Shown here: positions 12,899-27,202 of the stretch, piece by piece
How the letters are laid out: each line of letters opens with the position of its first letter
Numbering within the stretch: the stretch's first letter is position 1
NCBI RefSeq assembly: GCF_006345805.1
Contig: NC_042999.1
Span: 53,754,001 to 53,818,000 of the forward strand
Direction of reading: 5' to 3'
Origin: Octopus sinensis
Lineage: Eukaryota
Length of the DNA: 64,000 nt
The notes under the pieces: model-generated
Database searches by the model: none
What the model saw: only the letters and a program-made list of their open reading frames with translations
What the model was told of the DNA's origin: nothing
Made by a program: the position numbers and the translations under genes

Positions 12899-13852
12899 AG
12901 CACACATTCACACACATACACGTCCATTTCATATACACATTCATACATCTTTCACTTTCTCCGCGCTTTCATTTTAAAATAAAAGTAAATAAATTTTTAA
13001 AACATTTTACAGAAATTAACGAACCCTCTTATGGTCCCATATCATCGAATTTTGACAGTTCTGAGAGGTCATACCGATTGATGTATATGAATTATAGTAT
13101 TCCGATGAAAACTGAAGTCTGAGAAGCATATGTAACACTGCATCTGAAACCAAATGGGATGGTCATAGCGGGAACCCCTTTTTTTATTGGTGTTGATTTG
13201 AGAAAACCAACACCATTTAGCAAGCAGTACAACATCTCCTGTTTTTACCCCCACATTGTTACATCTAACGACCACTCAAACCATTCTACCCACATTTAAA
13301 AACGTCTATACATTATTGCCCCACCAACCGGTATTTTCCTAGCCACCGTGGGCCTTTTACAGGTAACTTCCATCTCATCAACGTGGTGGAGTGTGGTGCA
13401 TTAGAAAGAGATCTGCTCGTCTCTTCCTGTTGATTAGTTGTTAAAATATAGGCAAAAATAGTTAAGCGTTGTTTTAAAGGGTAAATATTGTCCTTTATAC
13501 TTCAAACATCATTGGTAATGCATGGAAATAGACCGTGCGCACGATAATTATCATTTGACTTTTACCAAACAATTTGTTGTAGTTTATCTAAAATGATGAA
13601 AGAAATACAAATGTTCGAAAGAAATATATTGATTACGTTAAAGTATAATTAAATAAGACAAGTTTCTCATTTGTATGTTTCCAATAAATATATGCTGTCA
13701 TTTTTTAACATTTTATAAACATGGTCGCAATCTTTTCCATCGAAAACCTATCTCTGCAAATATATATATATTTTTTTTTGAAAGTATGTATTTTTCAGAA
13801 AGTAATAAGACACTCATATTGAACCCATTAACTCCCCTTTCTGTCTATCTCA

Positions 13853-14122
<270 letters not shown>

Positions 14123-14430
14123 CGTGTGTATACGTATCATTTAATGTTCCCAGTATAAAGATGGACCTACTAATAGCTTCTTGCTTTGGAGGCACAAGGC
14201 GGGTAATAAAAACCTGCCTAGACAGATGTCTCCAGATCAAGAATATATTAATGGCACATAATTAAATAGTGTGCACATTAAATGAGATTTATGGCTCACT
14301 TGTTGGAATATATTTAGTTCATCTTGCGTGTATGAATTTGTCTGTATACTTGTACAAGGGGTTGCTAAAAATTTCCATTTTGTATCAAAGTCTCATGTCT
14401 TTCTACAGAGACTATAAGAACCCGTAAATA

Positions 14431-14667
14431 CCTATTTCTTTATTACCCACAAGGGGCTAAACACAGAGGGGACAAACAAGGACAGACATAGGTATTAAGT
14501 CGATTACATCGACCCCAGTGCGTAACTGGTACTTATTTAATCGACCCCGAAAGGATGAAAGGCAAAGTCGACCTCGGCGGAATTTGAACAAAGAACGTAA
14601 CGACAGACGAAATACGGCTACGCATTTCGCCCGGCGTGCTAACGTTTCTGCCAGCTCGCTGCCTTTT
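14431..14667 (-). mobile_element. SINE family A, full length, with 14-bp target-site duplication
   Basis: The TSD AGAACCCGTAAATA is at 14417-14430 and 14668-14681, and the head is intact. Confidence 0.92.
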
Positions 14668-17586
14668 AGAACCCGTAAATATCGTCTATAGATCTCCATT
14701 AGGGAGTTCTCTCTGTCCTTTATTCACATGATTTCAACCGTCAACTATCAATCATTTTCCCCCTTATGCTTTATTTGGCCAACCTACTCGTATTCAAAGT
14801 GAGCACAGATCCTTTCTCCGAGTATCACATTTTATCGTTTCTTTAATGTAGCAGCAATATACTCCAGTGGATGTGTCACTCCTGCCGTTAAAAACTCGCC
14901 ATGGGGCGAAGATTAGTGTACCGTAACCGATTCTAAAAGAGTGAAACGAAAACAAATGAATCGAACCCAGAAGTTGGCTGGTAGTTTATTTATCGATCGC
15001 GACAAAGTTGAGCTTAGAAGTATTTGAACTGAGAATACAAAGAACGATAGTTGTTAACGCAAAGGTTGTAGTGGACACGATTCTGTCACTGGACCGCCTT
15101 GCAAACTAAACGCCACTCTGAAAGGAAATTAAATTTAATGCAAAGTTGATCTGTTTTAAAAGCGAGACAGGAACGCCTGATGTGCTTCTTCTCTATCATT
15201 GTCGTGTATTTTATTATGAAGTAAATTCAAGGACAAACAGAAGCCACAGTAGTTTTTTTCCGTTTCACACCCATATCTCTTAAAGCTCTACAATTGATTA
15301 TAGTCGATTGGAGTGGTAGAGTAAATTTTGCAATTTTCATAGATACACAAATGCAAATGAGCCAAGTGAGATAACTTCTTCTATGATTCGTCTCTGTATT
15401 GCTTAACTTTGTACTTGTTTGGAATCATACCAATATTGACTAATCAGACCAATCAAAACATCCCAGCTGCAATCATTCCAATGTTTTAAGAGGTGTTTAC
15501 GATTATGTTGTGTTTTCCAAAAATAAAATGGTAGTATGTTTCGTTTAAGGAAATGTAGCTGCTATTTTTAGCAATCTAGCGCCAGCAACGTCATGGTTCC
15601 ATCGTTGTTTCCTTGGTATTGTGATTCCTGCTATTATTTGAATTACTACACATTGAGGTATTTCGTTTAATTTTAGTAATGGGTGTTCTTGTCAGGAAAA
15701 GTAGAAGTAATTTTGTTTCTTCTGAATTAAGTTTCTAGTCCTACACGTATTTGTTTTACTTTTAATCTTGGAGACGATTTAAGCACGAAATTTAATTTTA
15801 AGAATGTTTTTCATCGAATACTTTGTGGCATGTTATGAAAGTATCTCCGTCTCCAATCACTCTGGTTATGAAATATTCTTCGTGTTTTTGCGGAATCTGG
15901 CATGTCTATGAACAATAGAAGGCTACAGATACTGTTTTCTAACAAGGATGCTTTTCATTTCATGGTCGACCGTTCGCAAGATTTTGACATGCTATTATGT
16001 TCTCATTTCTAAGAACTCAATTTCCGTTTTGAAATTTTTTAACGAAAGTTGCTTTCGCCAAATTATTTCTTTACTATGAAATATTTGGAGTTATACTAGT
16101 GTTGGCAGCCATTCTTTCACGACTTTTTTTCCCGTTTTCGATGCAATCCAAAGTTTGTTTTTATTTTTATCTATTTATATTTTTCGAATAATTTTCTTCT
16201 ATAAAGCTGTGATACCAAATTTTGTTTTCTCTCACTTGATATGTTGTAAGATTTTAGCTCATTCTCTTGGAGAATATTATTAAGTTTTTGCGAAGATTTT
16301 AGATAATGTAGACTATTTTTTATTCAGCGTCATTTTATGAAACGTCGTTTACTATATTTTATCATTAGAGCAGCAGATATAGTTTCAGTTCCTTCAATGT
16401 TGTAATTATCTTCGATATTTCGATTCCAATTAACTTTATTTCCACTTTGATTTGCTATAAACATGAATATTCTGTCTCCGAGATTGTTTTGTTGAAAAAC
16501 AAGACCGTCTTTGGGTTGTTCTTTGTGTTTTTCCAGTTTCTTCTTTATTTGTATGTCTATGATCAATGAAAGGATATTGATACTTTTTGTGCGAAGAATG
16601 ATTTTATATTTTATTTTAGTTTATAATTGAACCTTTCCAAATTTTGGCATGCTGTTAAGTTCTTCAGAAGCTAATTTCCATTTTGAAATTTTCTAATGAA
16701 ATTGTCGAAATAAAGTTATTAAAACGCAATCATTTCCAATAATAATTAGAGAATATATTTATAATGTTTAAAATGCGAAACTTTTAAAGATAAAAAATAT
16801 ACTGTCTCGAGATTTTCAATTTAAAGGATGAAAACAGAAAATTTCACAAAGTTAATCGAACATACGATTAAATGCATTCCAACCGTGACTATTACAATAT
16901 TTACCTTAGGTATAGCTTATGCACGAGGATATTGTCAATCTAGCCGTCTTTTGTAGGTTATGATTTGTAAACTTTATATATAATTGAATTTTTGGCAGCA
17001 GAAGCAGATTTTCAAATTGTCAGGAGATACAAGAGGAAAATTTCTGGCGAATTCTGACCATTATCTCCTGATAAGAAGCAGTATTAATGAACACCAAGCA
17101 AATATCAACGCCTGACCAAATAAATAATTGCTAAAATCGCGTGGACGATATTAATGAAAATTATGTTTCGCACCCAATAAAGCTAATATATTTCAAAACA
17201 TCTTTCTAACCATAAAAATATGAATATTTTAAACATAACCGGAATAATTAAAATAATCAAAGACACATTTCAAGTTTCTCTAAGACCATTACTATTCAGT
17301 ATTTATACCTGTACCTATGTATATATGTATGAATGTATGAATGTGTGTATCTATATGTATATAAAAGAAAACATATATATAAATGTGCGCTTTTAATGTA
17401 TGTGTGAGTGTGTACGCGTATATATAAAGTATAGAAGAGAAGATGGTTTGAAAATATTGACATATAACGTCTTTATACAAGTTTCATTGACAATCACAAA
17501 ACAATTTTCGAAGACTAACCTTACGTAAATTTATAAGCCATGACTTCATTAGAGTTTGGTAAAATAATGAAATTATTCACTCATTA

Positions 17587-17736
<150 letters not shown>

Positions 17737-18120
17737 TTATATTATTAGTATTAATATTTTAAAAAGAAGTATATATATATATATGTATATATATACTCAA
17801 TTTTACTAAGATTTGGTGTACAAGACGTACCTGTGTAGATGGATACTTTTTAGGTGGCTGTGTAAATTGCACTGCACAAAGCCCCAGAAAACATTTGCCG
17901 GCGTGACATGAGAATTGACTAAACCGGGAACTTTCAAGCGATCAGGTTTCATTTCGGAGAGTTCCTTCTCCTGGGTAGATTACCAACCAAGATTAAAGAG
18001 CTTTTACTTGCCCATGAGGTGAGCTATCCCGTGCCAGACACCCAAACGCTCCGACACGGAGCAGCTCACGTATTCTTAAAAAATGTGATATAAATTTTAA
18101 AATATAAATAAAATAAGATT

Positions 18121-18151
<31 letters not shown>

Positions 18152-18159
18152 CAAATGAA

Positions 18160-18290
18160 AAACAGGAGGCAAAGGATGTCGCTGTACACATGTTTCGAGC
18201 TTTATAAAACAACTTATACTTACATCAATGCATAATCGACATAACAGATAGTTTAAAAGCCCTCTTCAGCCACATGCAATTGCTACACCA
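18160..18290 (-). mobile_element. Penelope-like LTR remnant carrying a degenerate hammerhead-ribozyme core
   Basis: The minus strand reads CTGAAGA-GGGCTTT...AAAGCTC-GAAA-CATGT-G. Confidence 0.5.
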
Positions 18291-18406
18291 AAGACTTGTA
18301 TCACATTATGAAAAGTTTGGGAAAGAACATTTGGTATTATTTATAATGGCAAGTAAACCGAGTATCACTGGGAAAGTATGTTATATGTGTATATAACAAT
18401 ATATGA

Positions 18407-18460
<54 letters not shown>

Positions 18461-18492
18461 ATATATATATATATATATACATATATACATGC

Positions 18493-18537
<45 letters not shown>

Positions 18538-19701
18538 ACATGTATACTTTACTTGGATAGGTTTCAGTCAGTATTGACCCAAGCCACGTCTAACTTAATA
18601 GCACCACCTAGCGAAGTCATTCAAATCAGGAATCGGACGACCTGGCCCACTAGAGTAGAGAGTTATTGTTTATGGAGACATATCCCGGTGTAGGAAGTTT
18701 ACCCGGTCACTTTCGCTTTGTATCTGGGAACCATGTTGTTTTTTCTTCTGACCGGCCGGTCGTGTCTTTTTGTGTCCGTATATATCTCAGAAAACTGCTG
18801 CCATCCCTGAATGTTTTATGGTTATTTCATCTCACTGTGAAAGTAACTTTGTATCAGTGTTACCAATCATTTTTTGCTTCTGTAATGATGACCCGACAAA
18901 GATTTTGTAAGTTAATCTAAGTATATTCAGTTGTTTTCTGATTTTAACCTGAGATATATACTCATAATAATGTGTAGATAACTGTGTATCCATGACTTAA
19001 AGTGCTTCAGTTTATCCAAAGTAATATTTTGTTGTTAATGTGCAATTTATAATTCTCAAGCGTTAAATTCCAATCTGTTCAATATTTTTCCTCATTTAGG
19101 TACTTTTCGGCCGTGTAATATATCAGTCATAAAAAAAATACATGTCAAATGTATTTCTTTTCCAGTAAAACTTTTGTTACAAGAAAATTCTATATCAGAA
19201 TGCCAAATATCAGTAAAAATGTATCAGAATGCCTCATAAAATATCAACCACATCAAAATACTTCAGAAAAATGGCGGCGAATTTATTTATGAAATATATC
19301 AGAATACATTGCGTTTTGTAGTATGTGAATATCAGAAAAGAGGGTCATATTTATACATGTCAGAATATTTTATGATCATCAGAATATCATCAAATCAGAG
19401 AACAAATCGCAGTAATTTTGTATTTAAGTTCATCTTATTTTTGTATTTTTATTATTTTATGTAGTCTCCAGTACATTTGCCGTACACTTCTATGTACACG
19501 TCGTACACGTACACATCGTGACGTATGAGTAGAAAATAAATGGCTCCCAAGTTTAAACCATTGTTCATCTTCATTGTCACAGTGGTGGTTGTGAACACTC
19601 ACACACACACACATATATATATGTATATATATATATATGTATATATATATGTATATATATATATATGTATATATATGTATATATATATAATATATAAATA
19701 T

Positions 19702-19734
<33 letters not shown>

Positions 19735-19775
19735 ATATACATACATATATATACATATATATATACATACATACA

Positions 19776-19825
<50 letters not shown>

Positions 19826-19841
19826 ATATATTATATATATA

Positions 19842-20024
19842 TATAACTTAGGATATTTAAGAGATACCCCCACGCTGGAAATAGCAGCCAAAACTTGAAT
19901 CTAAAACCACATATTGAATGTTCATACAGAACCAGGTGCTGTGTGAACATTTAATGTGGTTTTAGTGTCAGGTTTTGGCTGCTATTTCCAGCATGGCGGT
20001 ATCTCTTAGAAACCCTAAATTATA
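19842..20024. mobile_element. Foldback MITE-like palindrome (about 88-bp arms)
   Basis: AGAGATACC..CCACGCTGGAAATAGCAGCCAAAAC is mirrored by GTTTTGGCTGCTATTTCCAGCATGG..GGTATCTCT, with the loop at about 19930-19938. Confidence 0.8.
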
Positions 20025-20383
20025 ATTTTAACTGGGTTTTTATTCCCATGCTGGCCACTTGATAACATTGATATTTAAATAATGATCTTACCCTTATATA
20101 TATATCATTCCGAGTTCTTTTACAGGGCTTTAAAAAATGAAGGACTGGTGCAATAAAGCGTGTGAATCTGAGAGGAAAATACGTTGAGTGGAATCATGAT
20201 TAATTGGTCTTCCTATATTTCCTTTTACTCAAATCCAGGAACTTTTCATCACCTTCTCTTGTATATACATGTGTGAGTTTGTGTGTGTGTGTGTGTCTGT
20301 GTTAGTGTATCGCGAAAGATAGAGAAGCATAGATAGACGTATTTTTGCTCCTTCCCACCCGTGTGTATTTGTGTCAGTGTGTG

Positions 20384-20421
<38 letters not shown>

Positions 20422-22329
20422 AAAATCCAATGAATCTGCAAAATACCTGTACTTTTTTCACGTCACAGATAATGCGATCCAGTAAGTCGGGTCGATATGA
20501 TTGATGAATCTCCACATGTTTGTGATAGGTAACCTTTGTCGTTTACTTGAGAATTTATATTCTCTTACTGTAAGTTTTATTTGGCCGGCAGTTCTAACTA
20601 CGCTAAATAATTGCAATTGTGAGATGAACCACTAAAACAAAATAAAATTTCTCGTTTTTGTTGAAAATTATTTCATTTAGAAATCTGTCTTTACTTTTGT
20701 CCAGCCTCTGTTTCCTTTGTAAAGCAACAGGTTTACATTTGTTTTGCACATTAACAATTAAGGTTTGTTATCCGACGAACTTCCATTACGTCAACCTGAT
20801 CAATTACTTGCAGTTTCCTAGTCTTTAAATCCACCTCCATTGAACTTTGATCGATATTTTCAACTCAAAACCTTACATGTTTCCTCTTCTTTTTGGATAG
20901 CAATGACAAATTTCAAGCATTTTGTATTTTCCTTTTTTAGGTTTATGAAGGTGGGTAAAATAAAACATGTCGTAGTAACGTGTCTTGTCATTGCGATACT
21001 AGCGTGGCTGAATAAATCCAGTACTACCATGTTGACATTCATTACGCCCCGTGGTTATCCAATATTCCCCATCACACTCATCTTGATTTTTTTTGGTCAT
21101 TCATCAATGTCAGCAACGTTGTTGTTCTTTTTAGACGCTGTTTCATAGTCAACTTTTTCTGGTTAATGATGGACGCCTTTCGCTGCACTTGTGGTAGTAA
21201 TTCCCACATCTCCAGCTTCAACCCGTCAAAGCACCGCCGCCACTCTCACCACCACTACTATAATATGTTAATCTCTATGTTTTTATGTCGTCAATAGTTT
21301 CTTTATTCCTTTTTTCTTACTTCACTTTAGGTTTTGTACATACAGAAAAGTAATGCATCCCAATGTCTCCAGTTCTACTGCTTTCTCTCAACAACAGAGA
21401 AACAATTCAAGGAAATACACCTTTAAAAACAAATAGTTTATATGAATAAACATGTAGACATCTATATCAAGTCAAGGCTGTAAGTGATAAAGGAAACGTC
21501 GCACATTGTATCATGCCATAAATGAAGCAATTTCACAACGTAGAGTACCAGAGCGATTGCAGAAAATAACAAAACAAAAGCGATGAGTGAATGTGGCAGC
21601 AGAAAGAGGAAAACATGAACAGTTATTTATAGAAGTTCTGGAAAAAGTTATATAACAGGTGGTTTGGCAGTGAAACTTAATTCCAAATAGAATAGATGTT
21701 ATGTCAGTAGTCCCAAGAAGATTTTGGTTATATTGGAATAATTTGATTTATCCAGCAATATAGAAGTTTTAATGACTGCACTTACAATTTCAATAAACAT
21801 TTAATTAAAGAAATTATTATAATTTCTAAACTAAATTCCTATATTAATTCCTTCTTGTGTGGAACATTCCCAGCAGAAGAAAACAAAACGTTGTAAGTCC
21901 GTAAATATCTCGTTCTTTAGCTAATACAGGAAAGCATAGACAAACTTCGTCATCACAAATTTCTCTTTAAATCGTGGTGTGCGGAAGCTTTAGAATTTTA
22001 ATTTCTGCTTCGAATGTTTGTAATGCGTGATTTATTCATGATATAGTTTTCTCATTTAGATTTAGTTCTGTTTTGATATCTCCCACACGGAAATTACGTA
22101 GAAAATTGACTGGTTCCCGGTTTTACAGTTATTTGTATGTGTCTAGGAAACTTTCTTGCCAATAGAGAAAGAAGCAGTTTCTATCCTAGATCCCAGGCTC
22201 CTTCATTAGAATTTCAACATCAACAACAGGGTAATTTGTATGTATGTAGTATGTATGTATGTATGTATGTATGTATGTAGGTATGTATGTGCAGATCTGT
22301 ATGGTTTATGTATACATTCTCATGCATAC

Positions 22330-23200
22330 ACTTGCATATCTAGACAAACTCATATGTATTTATGAAGTTTATCATAAATAGTAAACTTCTGGAACGTTTT
22401 ACAGATTTTTACAGTTCCAGTGATGGATTGGACCTGTAGCCTTCATATTAGATTTATCCTTTCAGGTTTTGAGAAGCCTAATTTCTCAAGATTGGTATTT
22501 AGTCAGTGTGTTACATATCTCATGACCTCAATAATCTGGATTGAGTAACTGCAGATTTCTAGATATTTCAGCATAGGTGTTCTCTTTTTCACTGATTTTC
22601 AGCTTTATGTTAACATCCGCTGGGTAGCTAAGTTCCATAACTGTGAACAGTTTCTCTTGTCTGTCCCAAACCATATCAGGTCTGTTATGCTTACATTTTA
22701 TTGAGGTCTTCACTGGAACATTCCACCAGTATTCCTTTTTATGATGTGGCCATGGCTTCTACCATATTGAAGGTTCTTATTTCTTTGTCCTCGGGATTAT
22801 CCTTGCGACGAATTTCATTGTAGAATGTCCTAGCTACATCATGTCTCATCGGCAGATAATATCGTGATGACATTTTTAGACAACTGCTTATGATGTGGGT
22901 GTTATCTTCGGCTTTAATTCCACAAAGTCTACAAAGGTTGTCACATTTTACGGCTTTTTTTGCATCTCTACCCCTTTTGTGTACCATGTACTTGATTAAT
23001 ATTTCCTGTTCCTAGATTGCAAACGCATACCCTTCAAAGTGGGAGGTAGTACTCAGGCTATTGGTCCATGATAAACTGCTTTGATGATAGATGTTACAAT
23101 CATCATGGAGCTTTCTACTTACATATCCATGCATAGTTTTCTGCAGATACAGGCTCATCCTTTCATCTGAAGACACGCTGCTGTAGAGTTGTTCAGTAAA
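22330..23200 (-). mobile_element. RLE-type LINE, second family, 3' portion with (ACAT)n tail
   Basis: It encodes CRLCGIKAEDNTHIISSC (zinc knuckle), MRHD, HNRPDMVWD and KISEKENTY, with frameshifts. The tail lies at about 22240-22295. Confidence 0.82.
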
Positions 23201-24464
23201 AGAGGCCGATAGAATAAATACCAGGCTTACAAAGGATAAGTCCAAGGGTTGACTTCTTCGACAAAACGGCGGTGCTCTAGCATGGCCACAGTCAAAATGT
23301 CTGAAACAAGTAAAGGAATAAAAGAGTACATACTTAAATACATGCATTCATTCATTCATACATACATACATACATACATACATACATACATACATACATA
23401 CATACATACATACATACATGCATACATACAAACAGACAAACAAACAAACAAAGAGATCAGGTTGTTCTGTGTGTTGACTACTTGAAATGAGTCCAAATTT
23501 TCCGGCTAGTTGACATGTTTGAGACATTTACAATGTTGAGCCTACGAGAAAACAGCTTAAAGTCAGTTATGTTACCAAGTGAACCATGAATTTCGTTCAC
23601 AAGAAAATCCCAAGAAGTCTCTCACTCCTGAACATGTCAGAAATTTCAATGGACAGTCAGAAACTGAACCTCCATTATTAATTCAACACCTCTATTCCGA
23701 TAGAGCAGCCTAATGGTATGCCATTTGGTTTTTGTGGTTTTGCATTTAAAATATAAACAATATTAAATTAAAGTTTATATTTAGTCGTGTGGAGTTAAAT
23801 TAAAAATTGCACACAATAATATAGTTCTTATCTGATTAAAGATCTCAATTTTATTCAGTGGTGATGGTCGGCATCACAATATAATAACTTGAGTGGTTTA
23901 GTCGATCTTATTCATGAGAAAACTAATTATTAAACCCAATAATTATTATTGCCTGATGAGTTTAATGCATCGAAATGAAGAAATAGAATCGCCAACTTTT
24001 ATTTAGAATATGATAAATATTAATTATGGATATTCTTCGTTGCCATTCAATTTGATTACTGTGTAGGCTGCTTAATATTTATGTGTATTGCATCTCAGAA
24101 GTATTCCGAGAATTTGGTCAATTTTAAACATCTAGTCGTTCATAGAACCTGAAGACAGTTTAATTGCAAAGACTGTGCAAAAGAATCTCTAAATGGTTAT
24201 TAATGGCTCCCAAGCATCTGTCACGTAAAGGCTGTCACATATGTCACACATTCTACTGCATTTATCTAACTCTGTGTGTACATGCAAATTACCACACGCG
24301 CATGCGCGCGCACACAGACACACACCTGCATATGTATGCATGTAGGTAGATTGGTAGGTAGGTAAGTAGGTAGGCAGGTAGGTAGGTAGGCAGGTAGGTG
24401 TGTATATATATACGTATATATATATATATCATATATACACACAAACACACACACACACACACAC

Positions 24465-24504
<40 letters not shown>

Positions 24505-24599
24505 GTTTAGTTCACAAGTGATCTAAACGAATAGGTACGCTAGGTAAGTGCTGCAACGAATTACTAGGGTTCCAAGGATGACTTAACGCTTGTTGTCCT

Positions 24600-24955
24600 C
24601 TTTAAAATGCAGTCGCATCTATGGGCTTTGTCATGTTTCTTTGGAAGACATTAAGCATGTGATTAGCAGATATCCTAAAATGTCGTAAAGCAGGTTACAA
24701 TGCCAACCACTGTCCTGAAATAAAAGATAATGCCATTTTGTTTTAGACATTACCAACACAGGAACATGTATAATGCATAAAAATGAAGCTGGACCTCTGT
24801 GGATCACATCCCTACTTCTTAACATAGTCGCCGTTTCTCTCAATAACAATGTTCCACCTTCAAATGAGAGCATGTATCCCTGACACGTAAAATACTGTTG
24901 ACTGTTCTTTGAGCAACTTCTTCACTACAGTTTCCACTTCCTCGTCACTGAAATA
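24600..24955 (-). mobile_element. Mariner transposon 3' remnant
   Basis: The minus strand encodes FSDEEVETVVKKLLKEQSTVFYVSGIHALI*RWNIVIERNGDYVKK*, the mariner transposase C-terminus. Confidence 0.75.
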
Positions 24956-25187
24956 ATGTTTGCCTCCCAAACCCATTTTCGTGGGGTTTCTTTAAATCCA
25001 CTCACAAGGCTTTGGTCGGCCAGAGGCAACAGAAAAGGCGCTTTCCCGAGGCGCCACGCAGTGGGGCTGAACCCGGAACCATGTGGTTGGGAAGCAATCC
25101 TCGTATGTACATTAGATGCAATAGATTTTGTAGGAAATGATTAATAACTAAATAATTTATAATGGAGAAAATGAACAAAATTAGAGA

Positions 25188-25690
25188 ACGCAGGGTGTCA
25201 AATTGAAAAAGTAAATTCTGGCAACACTCCGACCGATGTAAACTAAACTGACTTAGCGGCACGAAGATTGATATTGATCAATAGGGAATTAACAGCCATG
25301 GAAATCCGATGCAAAACATGATGAAAGCCACAGAAGGCGAATGGTCACGTTGAAAAAAGAAGAAGGAATAGCAACTTCTGCTATCGCCAGAGATATTAAC
25401 AAATCAATGAGTGTTGTTTCAAGAATACACAGGCTTTACGAAGAAACAAGCCCGTTTGTGTCAGTAGAAGAACAAAGGAGACAACGGAAAATAAGTGTTC
25501 GGCAAGACAGTGTGATTCAGAGGCTGTCGTTAAGAGACCATTTCGATACTGCTGCTGGTATTTTTCACCAACTAAATCATGATTACGGAATGGCTATGTT
25601 TCGGAAGACTGTGGCTCGTCGTTTTTAGGAAGTCGGATTTTATGCCCGTTTCCCCGCCATTAAACTTCTCGTTTCGAGAAACGCGGAGTA
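25188..25690 (+). mobile_element. Tc1-like transposon 5' remnant (paired HTH domains)
   Basis: It encodes ATSAIARDINKSMSVVSRIHRLYEET...TAAGIFHQLNHDYG..RKTVARRF*EVGFYARFP, with a TIR-like CAGGGTGTC upstream. Confidence 0.72.
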
Positions 25691-25949
25691 GATGAAACAG
25701 GGACAACTGATGAAGGGGAATATTCTTTATGTTGCATGCCTCGTTTCTCTGTTTGTTTTTATTCGTTGTTCGAAAAAAAGTTCGTGTTCTATGATTTTGT
25801 TTTTATGTTTTCGTTTCTCATTGTGTTCAACGTTTTTTTTTTATGTCCTGTACCCATATATGCATGTATATATATATATATATATGTTGGTATGTACATA
25901 TATGTATGTATATATGCATATATTTATATTATATATATATATTATTCAA

Positions 25950-26070
25950 TTTGCCAAAACATTTTCGTCGCTTTGAGACCGCGACCTGCTCACTGGCAAA
26001 ATACCGTACACCACAATATTTTTCCAGTGAACAGGTCGCGGTTTCAAAACGACGAAAATATATTGGCAAA
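25950..26070. repeat. Inverted repeat (about 54-bp stem, 13-nt loop)
   Basis: TTTTCGTCGCTTTGAGACCGCGACCTGCTCACTGG pairs with CCAGTGAACAGGTCGCGGTTTCAAAACGACGAAAA. Confidence 0.85.
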
Positions 26071-26207
26071 CTTAATTTAAATCTTGAAGTAAATCTAACG
26101 GTTTTTGTGTGTTTTAATGGTTTATAAACATCTTCCACGCTGCAATTTGTTTTCGTTCCAGCACCCGATATCAGATCAGGTCACTTGCTATGCAAGTACA
26201 TCTGCGT

Positions 26208-26249
<42 letters not shown>

Positions 26250-26252
<3 letters not shown>

Positions 26253-27202
26253 CAACAATTGAGGGTAAAATTAATTAATTATTAATCAATTTCACCAAGT
26301 ATTCAGTATGCAAAGGGACCATTTAAGGCGAATTCAAATTATTACATTATATAAAAGGGCTTAGTAAAATAAATTACTTTGCCGCATACTGAACTCATTA
26401 GAAATAGTAGCTAAAAAAACTTTTTTAAAACTATTTCTAATACTTAAAGAAAACCTCTCTCATATAGTGTTTGCTCAATTCAACTCACGAAAGTATGGGG
26501 GTAAAGACATTAAAAAATCAAATGCAAAGGTTATTGAGAACGTACGTTTCAAGATTAGTCAACTCGACATTTCTATCATCAGCTCAGAACTCCTTGGTTT
26601 GGATTTGAAAACACTGAAAGTGGGAGCATACCCTTTCGGCTTCTTATCGCTTCTGAAGATCTGCTCGAAACTAACAGTGCCAGCAAACTCAAATATGCAA
26701 GCGAAGAATTTCTGCTCTCCCCTTTCCACCAGCGTGGGTTAAAATCAGTAAACACTATGCTTTTTCGGTAAAATCCGAGGCATTAAATAGAGAGAGATGA
26801 ATTATAATTTCAACAATTGAGGGTAAAATTAATTAATTATTAATCAATTTCACCAAGTATTCAGTATGCAAAGGGACCATTTAAGGCGAATTCAAATTAT
26901 TACATTATATAAAAGGGCTTAGTAAAATAAATTACTTTGCCGCATACTGAACTCATTAGAAATAGCAGCTAAAAAAACTTCTTTAAAACTATTTCTAATA
27001 CTTAAAGAAAACCTCTCTCATATAGTGTTTGCTCAATTCAACTCACGAAAGTATGGGGGTTAAGACATTAAAAAATCAAATGCAAAGGTTATTTGAGAAC
27101 GTACGTTTCAAGATTAGTCAACTCGACATTTCTATCATCAGCTCAGAACTCCTTGGTTTGGATTTGAAAACACTGAAAGTGGGAGCATACCCTTTCGGCT
27201 TC
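26250..27202. repeat. Near-identical direct duplication (about 395 bp, period about 558 bp), probably Penelope-like pseudo-LTRs
   Basis: 26250-26643 is repeated at 26808-27202. The spacer contains a broken hammerhead-like CTGAAGA..GCTCGAAAC at 26653-26671. Confidence 0.75.
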
